Source of the DNA: Eledone cirrhosa
Taxonomy: Eukaryota
Length of the DNA: 64,000 nt
Direction of reading: 5' to 3'
Assembly (NCBI GenBank): GCA_964016885.1
Contig: OZ024743.1
Coordinates: 115,382,001-115,446,000 of the forward strand
Part shown: piece by piece, positions 54,960 through 64,000 of the stretch
How positions within the stretch are numbered: position 1 is the first letter of the stretch
Layout: the number at the start of each line of letters is the position of its first letter
The notes under the pieces: generated by a model
Told to the model about the DNA's origin: nothing
What the model saw: the letters and a program-made list of their open reading frames with translations, nothing else
Databases searched by the model: none
Made by a program: the position numbers and the translations under genes

Positions 54960-56543
54960 CAGTGTTAATTTAATCGTTCTCCTATACTACGAGCTGTCTC
55001 ACCTATGTACACTATATTCTTATCTTTAGAGTGTCCTTCAGTACATCTTATGCTATATACTATGTTTCTAGTTTTACAGTTAATATGGGCGCTTAGTTTA
55101 CAGATTATGCATTTCTTATCTATACAGGGAGGTCTTTGAAAAGGGTATGTATTGCTAATAAGTGTTTTTATAGAGGTACCTGGTCTTTCTACTATCTTAA
55201 TATTTAGTTTAAGTTTATCTAGGGCCCTTCTAAATTTGTAAGCTAATTCACCTCTAGAGGCTGTATTGATGAACATTACACTCTGGTATTTATTGCTATC
55301 TTACTATGAGTTTAGTCTATTAACCTTATTCCTAGTTCTTTCTATTCTATTCCAAAATGTGCTCCTATACAAGGGGCAGGTCCCATTTGTATCATTATTT
55401 AGCATTTTTTCCCATTTGGTTCTGACTCCTCTATATATACTCTGATTTTATCTCTCTGATTGTAACCAGAGAACTGCATACGGTGGATGAAGTGTTGTAT
55501 GTGTCTCTCTAGTTCTTTGGGGTTGCACATGCGGGACACGTTTCTCATCACCCGTACTAAATCTGCAATCAGTATTTTGATTTTGGTGTGATCCGAAACA
55601 GCTGAGTTTCGGTGGATCAGATATTTGGAAGTTATGGATTTGGCACAATGGGAATGGAAGATTTGTTTTTTGTTATTAATGGTTTCTAACCAGAGCTCTG
55701 TGTCTAGTACAGGTAATCGATGGTTGGGGTGTTTGATTGGGTAGCCTAGAGTAACTCTAATACTCTGGTGGATGGAGTTAGCTATTTGCTGGATGCTTTC
55801 CATGGTGTTTTTCTCTAATTCCTGACTGTTCTCTAGTGGGGGTGTTTTTACTACGATGTTTATATCATCAACGTAGCGAGAGTACATTATCAGGGTTCAG
55901 AGGTTGCTGTCTTCTAATTGTTCTTTAAGTTTATTGTCCCACCATACCATCAATAGATTTGCTATGTCACCTGCAATGGCTGATCCCTCCTCTTGGGCAT
56001 ATGTTTTTCCATTAAATTTGAACATATGTTCCTTAAGGGTTAGTTTTATACTGGCCCCAACCGCATGTGCAATAATTTTCTTCAGTTCATCATGGTTTTC
56101 GGGGTCCGTATGGTTCTGGTCCACCCGTTCCATCTTTCTGTGTGGGTTTTCTTGGCCATTGAGGTAATGGTAGGTGGTCTGCCTCTTGCTGGCCTTGAGG
56201 GGCAGAGGTTGCCAAGGTCATACGTATCTAAATAATCATTACTATAAGTAAGTTTAAGTAGGGGTCCCAGCTCACTGGTATCAATCCCACGGAATTGCAA
56301 TGTTGAATTCCGTAGGATTGGATTCCGTGGGTAAAAATTGTAAATAATGATACAAATGGGACCTGCCCCTTGCATAGGAGCAAATTTTGGAATAGAATAG
56401 AAATAACTAGGAATAAGGTTAATAGAATAAACTCATAGTAAGATAGCAATAAATACCAGAGTGTAATGTTCATCAATACAACCCCTAGAGGTGAATTAGC
56501 TTACAAATTTAGAAGGGCCCTAGATAAACTTAAACTAAATATT
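54960..56543 (-). mobile_element. Penelope-like element fragment, Naiad-like by motif recall, with inverted internal duplication
   Basis: IANLLMVWWD, YSRYVDD, IANSIH, LPVLDTELW, LVRVMRNVS, IKIVERPGTSIK, PCIDKKCIIC, NIVYSIRC, VYIGETARSIGER. 56341-56543 is an inverted copy of 55199-55401. Confidence 0.88.
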
Positions 56544-56561
56544 TGTGTGTGTGGGCGGGTG

Positions 56562-56666
<105 letters not shown>

Positions 56667-57121
56667 GGGTGTGGGTGTTTAAAAGGTAAACAGAAATAAC
56701 AACACAATCAGTACAGTATATGTAAGGAATATATTAGGTTAATGCTTGAAATAGCAGGAAAAGGGTCATTATGTTTCGGACGCTAGCATAAAGAATGAGA
56801 AATAAGATAGATTGAAGGGATGAGCGGTGTGTTTGTTTTGTGTTGTTTCATTTATTAACTACACAGATACACACACACACGCACACACATATATATCTAT
56901 ATTATCTGTGTATGTGTGTGTGTAAGTATTGATCCATATTTCTGTCAGTCCCTGGCGTTACGCTGTTAGTTCTTCAGAATCTGAATAACTACTTTTCATA
57001 TCACACGGATACGTGTGCTCCAGAGAATCAGTCAAAAGAATCAGCCTAAATAAGCTATTACAATCCATACATTCATTAGGTATATTTATATATATATATA
57101 TATATGTGTGTGGGGGGGGGG

Positions 57122-57157
<36 letters not shown>

Positions 57158-58371
57158 GTGTGCGAGAGCGTGCGCACGTGTGTGTGTGTGTGTGCGTGTG
57201 TGTGTGCATGTGTGAGTGCGTGGTGTGTGTACAAGATAATTTATCTATTATATTATTGTTGCAACGACGTTTATCATTCTAACTGTATAGAAAATGTGAT
57301 TGTTGTATTTGCGCCATGGACATTTAATGCGTCTGTCGATGGCTGAAAAGTGTTTATGGTAATTTAGCATGACAGTTGATCGTTTTATAGATACATTTGC
57401 AATGTCATTTGACATAATGATCGGATAAACGTTTCTATCCCTATTAAACATTTATGTGCCAACTGTAGAATGATTCTCCACTGGACGTTTTTCATTGCTA
57501 CATTCTATTGAATTTCGATTGAATTTTGAAACTAAAGTGGGAATCTAAATTCGGAATTCTAAACATAGAACTGTTCTGAATATTCAGTAGTATTCACTAA
57601 ACTTCATCTCAAATTATTCTAACCATCACCAAAACAACACTGAATTATTGCCCATGTACAATGAGTATATTTGCAAGAAACTTATTGAGGAAGAGAATCA
57701 AATGTAATTTATGTAAGCAAAAGATCTCTCGGTTCAAACAACTCAACGTAATAATGATATACGTTCTATTGTTTATTCCGAATACAGTATCAATACTTAC
57801 AAGATGGAAGGGATCGTTAATATATATTCGCCCACGTAAATGTATAATCACACACACACACATACCCCCCCCCCCCCACACACACAGTGTTATATGCAAA
57901 AACATACACAAGCATTGTATATATAGTTATAACTGTGGAGACTAAAATCCGAAGATGACTCGATAAGGATTATATATATAAATATAGTTTCAGAAGATCC
58001 CGTTAAATGTGAATGCAGCGATCCTTTGCTTAAACTTTAATCTGTTGTTTTAATATATATACATATATATTAAAAAGGATGGAAACCAAACATATGTGTT
58101 TATACTTATGTATATATATATATATGTGTGCGTGTGTGTTTGTGTGTGTGTGTTTGTGTGTGTGTGTTTGTGTGTGTGTATATGTTTTTCTATAATTTGT
58201 CCTAACTCTCGTATGGTTGAGTAAACAATTAGGCGGAATTAGACTGCTTCTTCTATCAATTCTGTTACTCGCCACCAGCCTATCCTTCACTACCCCTATG
58301 TACCGTAAAACCACATGATAATTTTATTTTCCGAAAGTTTAACTCGTAGCGTTTAGTTTGGGGAATTTGTC

Positions 58372-58780
58372 CTTACATTGAAGGAGTCTCTTGTCAAGCT
58401 GTCTACCTCACAGCTAGATTGCATTTTAACTGCACTTTGGCTGCACACCACTCGGTGAAACTGTTCTGTAGGGACAATGAAGAAAAATCAGGTGTTTTTT
58501 GTCTATTTGCTCATCAGACTTATAATTATATATAGCTCTGATTAATTGGTTATTTATCTAATTCATTCATTTATAGAGGAAAATTTGTAAATGATGGACA
58601 CCACACATATATATATATATTTATACATATGTATCTATATGTATGTCCTTACACTGAGGGAATCTCTTGACAAGGTTGGGTGTTTTAACTGCACTTTGAC
58701 TGCAAAAGCAGTCAGGACTATGAAGGAGAATTAGGTATGTTTTGACTATTTGCTCTTCACTTCACACTTGTAATTATATA
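58372..58780. repeat. Diverged local duplication
   Basis: gtccttaca.tga.gga.tctcttg.caag...ttttaactgcactttg.ctgca occurs at ~58370 and ~58645. Confidence 0.65.
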
Positions 58781-58885
58781 TATATATATATATTTATATA
58801 TAGTTATGTATAGTGGTAGCTATGGTGCTTCCATAGGCGGTATGCCAAAATTAGCACTCGATATTCATCAGAGTAGAGTGTAGAT

Positions 58886-59215
58886 ATTATAAAGAAAACG
58901 AAAAATCAGTGATGCATCTGGATTTAGTTTATTTTGTGTTACAAATGTTTCGCTGGCATGTAGCTCGAGTCATGGTCATTGTATGGATCTGGTTGATTCT
59001 ACTTCTGCGGGTATTTTCAGACACGGGTGTTTCGTCCGGAGCAAATTTTATCACCGATAACATTTGCTCCGGACGAAACACCCGTGTCTGAAAGAACCAG
59101 CAAAAGTAGAATCAGCCAGATCCATACAAATACCATAACGCGAGCTACATGCCGGCGAAACATTTGTAACACGAAATAAACTAAGTGCAGATGCCTCACT
59201 GATTTTTCGTGTTCT

Positions 59216-59222
<7 letters not shown>
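58886..59222. mobile_element. Fold-back insert with hammerhead-like motif (59083-59173 +)
   Basis: Palindrome centred near 59054. Motif CGUGU-CUGAAAGA-ACCAGC...GCCGGC-GAAA-CAUUUG-UA-ACACG. Confidence 0.8.
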
Positions 59223-59282
<60 letters not shown>

Positions 59283-59341
59283 AGAAAGTGAGGTTTTTTT
59301 TACAAAATGAAAAATAACCGAGTTGTCCTACGCGAGTGAAA

Positions 59342-59642
59342 GTATAGAGAAAAACAGATCAAATCGAAAATGCAACTGGAGTGTTATTTAAAAAAATATA
59401 TATATATTTATTTGGTTCCTTCACCGGTTTCGCAGTTCTTCTGCTTTTCAAAAGTAGAGTTGAGATGGAGGGTCTGTGGTTTTTCTCACATCAGATGTGA
59501 GAAAAACCACAGACCCTCCTTCTCAACTCTACTATTGAAAAAAAAAGAACTGCGAAACCGGTAAAGGAACCAAATAAATATATATATTTTTTTAAAGATA
59601 AGACTCCAGTTGCATTTTCGATTTCATCTTTTTTTCTATATA
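59342..59642. mobile_element. Fold-back insert with U3-A8 hammerhead-like motif (59419-59454 -)
   Basis: Palindrome centred near 59493. Motif CUU-UUGAAAA-GCAG aagaa CUGC-GAAA-CCGG-U(G/A)-AAG. Confidence 0.8.
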
Positions 59643-59704
59643 CATATTATATATATATATATGTATGTATGTTTGTATATAAATAGATATTTATATATAT
59701 ATAT

Positions 59705-60475
59705 GTAAGTATGTATGTATACGTACATACATATATGTATACAGACGTACAGTAGTATGTATATATATACATACATGGACATATATATATATATTTACGT
59801 ATGGGTTTACCGAACATTTATTATAATGCTCGGTTTGTTTGTAAACAAACAATCCAAATTACGCCGTACAGTGTTCAGGCAACCATCATCACTATTTTGT
59901 TCAACACTGACACAGGAACGATGTACATGTTTCAAGCTATTTAGCTATTGGGAGTATCGTGTACGTATATCTACATACTTACATTTAAGTACCAGCCGTA
60001 CTAAGAGTGAGAAAGGAAATTTCGTTTCATTCTTTTCCATTTATCGTTTTCGGTGCGCCCGGCCGACTAACTCACTCGATATGCAAATTAGGCTGCTTAG
60101 CCGTTAATATCCATAAGGAAAGTATATACTTTCAGATGTTCAACCATCCGACAGAAAGGTACGATGCTGACGATATCTAATAAGCTTGAAACTAGTATAT
60201 AGTTCCTGTGTCAGTGTTGAACAAAAATGTGACGATGGTTGCCTGAACGCTGTACGGCGTAACTCGGGCTGTTTGTTTACAAACAAACCGAGCATTATAA
60301 TAAATGTTTGGTAAACCCACTCGTACGTATATATATATGTGTGCATGTATGTATATATATACATACTACTGTACGTCTGTATACATATATGTATGTACGT
60401 ATATAAACATTCTTACATTTAAGTACCAGCCGTACTAAGAGTGAGAAATGAAATTTCGTTTCATTCTTTTCCTTT
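59705..60475. repeat. Fold-back insert with an additional direct repeat
   Basis: ~59712-59945 is inverted relative to ~60178-60402; 59978-60038 is repeated directly at 60412-60472. Confidence 0.8.
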
Positions 60476-60882
60476 TATATATATATATTTGTTTATTTAT
60501 TTAAAATAAAACAATTTTCTAAGTTTCTCCCTTAAAAGTTGTTTTTCGTTTTACCCATTTTTGTCCGTTGCTTTGTCCACTGTTTCTTAATTTTCTGAAG
60601 TTTATATATATATATGTGTATGTGTGTGTATGTGTGTGTGTGTATGTGTGTGTGTGGATGAGAGAGAGAGGGAGAGAATGAGAGAGAGACCGAGAGCGAG
60701 AGAGAGAGAGTGAGATAATTACAGGGAACCAAATACATATACGTACATATACATTCACGCACACATATGCGTGTATATATATATTTTCATATGCATTTCT
60801 CTGTGTATCTACCTATCTATTTATTTATCTACACACACACACACACACACACACCCACACATACACACACACGCACACACAT

Positions 60883-60913
<31 letters not shown>

Positions 60914-61989
60914 CGTATGTGTGTGTGTGTGTATATACGTGTGTGTGTATTTCAACATATATAGTCATACATATATAAACATGAATGCATATATATATCC
61001 ATACGTATGCATATATATATATGCATACGTATGTATTCGTGTACACATACATATTCTGTACACTATTATAACAGTAATTTCAATTTCAATATTTTTTGTA
61101 TCCATTTATACTTATTTATGGAATTGTTTATGGAAACGTAAATTTTACCATTAAATAAATTCATAATATTTCGCTCATCGGAGATGTTTCTCTTACGTGA
61201 TATTAAGTGCACAATTTTTCAAAGAATTAATTAGTCTTATCAAACATGACGTAAATTATGATAGGATTTAGCATGGTAAGAAGTATGAACATAATATAAA
61301 ATATCTAATTCCACCATACGAGAAGTTAGATGTTGGAAAGAGAACTGAGAGAACTAATAAGAAAAATAAAATGAAAAAATAAAAGTTATAATAAAATTCA
61401 AGTTATTTAAACTGAATGGTGTTTGATGAATTAATTATAATTCTACAGGATATCAGAGTTCATAATGCTTTATGTATCGACCTGTAACCTCTGGTGGTTT
61501 CATAAAGGCGTGATAATATACGGCGTGTAAGTCATATTAAAATTACCAGAGCCAATCCTATCTTCAGGTATGGACAAAATCGATTCTTTTCCGAGAAAGA
61601 AACAGTTGGATCAGTGCAATTCAGAAACAAATCATCCACATTATTGGATTAATATTTTTTTTATTGAACGCCAAATTATGAAAGACCACTTTGATCTTAG
61701 CAGCATTTGAAATTAGAACAAGCTTAAAATGAATACCACGGTCTAATGCCTTTTCCAATTCAACGCCGATGATAATTATAATAATAGATTTATTATTTAT
61801 TGTCTAAACCGGTGTTAGGGAAATGTGCAAATGAAAATGAATATTTACAACTTCATGTGCCGTTTAGAATTTCTTTTAGAATAACTTTACCGAATGAACC
61901 GTTTAATGCAACAGGTACACACACACACACGCAACTACATACATACATAATACATACATAATACATACATACATAAATACATATGTACA

Positions 61990-62780
61990 TAACCAGAGGA
62001 ATTGAACAGCGAAACAACAACATATCTGGCAGACTATATTACCAGAATGCTTCAAGGTGAGAGTAGTATAGATAAGCCAAGTAGTATATGTTGGACCAAC
62101 ACCCGTTATATTAGCCCTCACTTTCAAGGATATACTAGTGCAATGCAAGGATATACCAACGAAATACCTGACGGACAGAAGAGAAAGTAATGCAGGCAAT
62201 ACACCTAGATGTCCCACAGATACAGACTCTGCGGAATAAACAAAATGGATGATACCCCCATCATAAGCAGCTGTCCAAAGATGTCATCAATACCTACGAG
62301 GTGACATGTCTAAGACAAAACACTATATAATGCAATCCGTAGAAAGGATGGTCCTGAGAATAAACAACGATGTGAAAGGCATATGCGTATATTATATGAC
62401 AGAGTACTAGTGGAATGGTCCTGTCAAAATGCCAATTAAATGAAAACATAACAGCCCAGATATAATGGGATGGGACAATGGAAAGATGGCATGCACAATA
62501 GTAGGGATCAGCTGCTGAGCAGATGTCGGGAATATGTTTGCCGAACTAATGAGGCATATGTAGATATTCTACCTTGATTATACCTATAGATATGCACCTG
62601 GTCATTGGACTGTATTTGCAACATCTTAATTAGCCATGCACTTTCTGATTGTCCGAAGCCCAGCTTCACGACTCTTGTACTGTTGCAGTTAGAAAGATAT
62701 CCAATTCACCCCATGACCACAGGTGCAAATCTAATGGTATAATCAAGGTGGAATATCTACATATACCTCATTGGTTCAGA
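61990..62780 (+). mobile_element. Possible heavily decayed non-LTR retrotransposon remnant
   Basis: Coding-like composition with many stops and Cys/His spacing loosely reminiscent of a non-LTR C-terminus. No clean motif. Confidence 0.3.
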
Positions 62781-62868
62781 ATACACACACATATACACCC
62801 ACACACCCACACATACCCATACACACACAGACACACACATATACAAACACACACACTCACATACACAA

Positions 62869-62955
<87 letters not shown>

Positions 62956-63847
62956 TACATAGGTAGAGAGAGAGATTCTGCTGATTTTGTTTACTTTTAA
63001 CATTGACATAAAGTTTGCACATGCATTCAGCACGAGAACATATAACATGTTAATATCCTACTCCTACAGATAATACATTCCATATCTCTAAAACAAAGAA
63101 TGAAGTCTCTCCTAAATACACCAATATTTTTGAATATCACCAGGAAATGTGTAGCGAAACATTTCTTTCGAAACATTAAACGTTTATACATGATAAGTTG
63201 CACGAATATAAAAACTCTACTATCATTAAATATGTTGAAAATATTTTTCGTTATGAAACTATTTTAACACAAGAAATAAATATGCCATTTACCAAACTGT
63301 GAAATATGAGGGGAATCATGCTACCAAGTATTCAAGATTTGCTATCCATAAACGTTATCATACGGTTGAAAAACGTCACCATTTTGAAATGTATGGAAAA
63401 TTCTTTCTTCCAAATATTATTGCAGAAACCAACAAAAATATTCACGCGGATGAATTGAATTCACATTTAGGCTTCGTGAAAATATTTTTATGTAAACAAC
63501 GGTACACACATGCATCAAATATGTTCACTTAAACATACAAAACACTATTACATATGTAAACATTTAATTGCTAAACAATACTAAATTACTAATAGGAAAA
63601 ATAACTACTTATCACCAATTTCACTTAAAGTGACAAAAGTCCATTAAAAGACAGATCGCGATAGATTGACCTTGCAGAAAAGCAAAATGCCGGAAGAGAC
63701 TCCCAAATGCAGGATTTGCAAACGTGTGACAGCACGCATAATCTTCAACTGTAAAGGGATGGGATCTCATATCTGATACTCCATTTAAACTCAAGATGAC
63801 AAAGAAACAACGAGGAAAGTTAACGAGAACAATTTCCATGAAACTAT

Positions 63848-63966
63848 TTATAGAAAAGACACAGGGGGCAATATTTCTTCGTTTTGACACTGGTCGACGC
63901 GGACAGAATATGTCAGATCCAATACAGTTGTCGATTCTTCATTGGATTTTATACAGACTCTCCAGG
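63848..63966 (-). CDS. Candidate terminal coding exon of a host gene extending beyond the window
   Basis: On the minus strand, a polypyrimidine tract and a CAG acceptor precede the open frame WRVCIKSNEESTTVLDLTYSVRVDQCQNEEILPPVSFL*. No homology recognised. Confidence 0.3.
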
Positions 63967-64000
63967 CTGCAACAGTTCAAAATAGAAGGAAAAAAAAAAA

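Noticed and set aside
55897-55899. In-frame TGA in the Naiad-like RT as selenocysteine
   Set aside because: It falls at DSNL*TLIMYSRYVDD, which is not an evident Cys position. The zinc-finger residues are ordinary Cys, the copy is otherwise frameshifted, and no SECIS could be identified. A nonsense mutation is more likely.

Overview
AT-rich, microsatellite-dense animal genomic DNA. The SINE and Penelope-like repertoire suggests an octopod cephalopod, but this is an inference. No complete host gene is visible; there is at most one candidate terminal exon at the right edge. The window is dominated by Penelope-like retroelements (PLEs). One is young and nearly intact (14238-18549): an inverted partial pLTR, a 5' pLTR, an RT/GIY-YIG ORF broken by one TAG, and a 3' pLTR. 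Five others are decayed ORF remnants. There are also about 18 fold-back (inverted-arm) structures, mostly short inserts sitting in (AT)n tracts. Reading these by hand gives about a dozen distinct families of type I hammerhead-ribozyme-like motifs with palindromic stem III. Several have non-canonical cores that recur across copies: U3-A8 swaps, CAGAAGA or CAGUUGA cores, and a mismatched 10.1-11.1 pair with a covarying stem II. A local tandem duplication preserves an empty and a filled (AT)n target side by side. Other features are tRNA-derived SINEs (two with target-site duplications), remnants of RTE, R4/Dong, CRE-like and L1/Tx1 LINEs, and an octamer-motif cluster with exact 33-bp phasing. All structures were derived by eye; clade names and ribozyme activity need computation or experiment.
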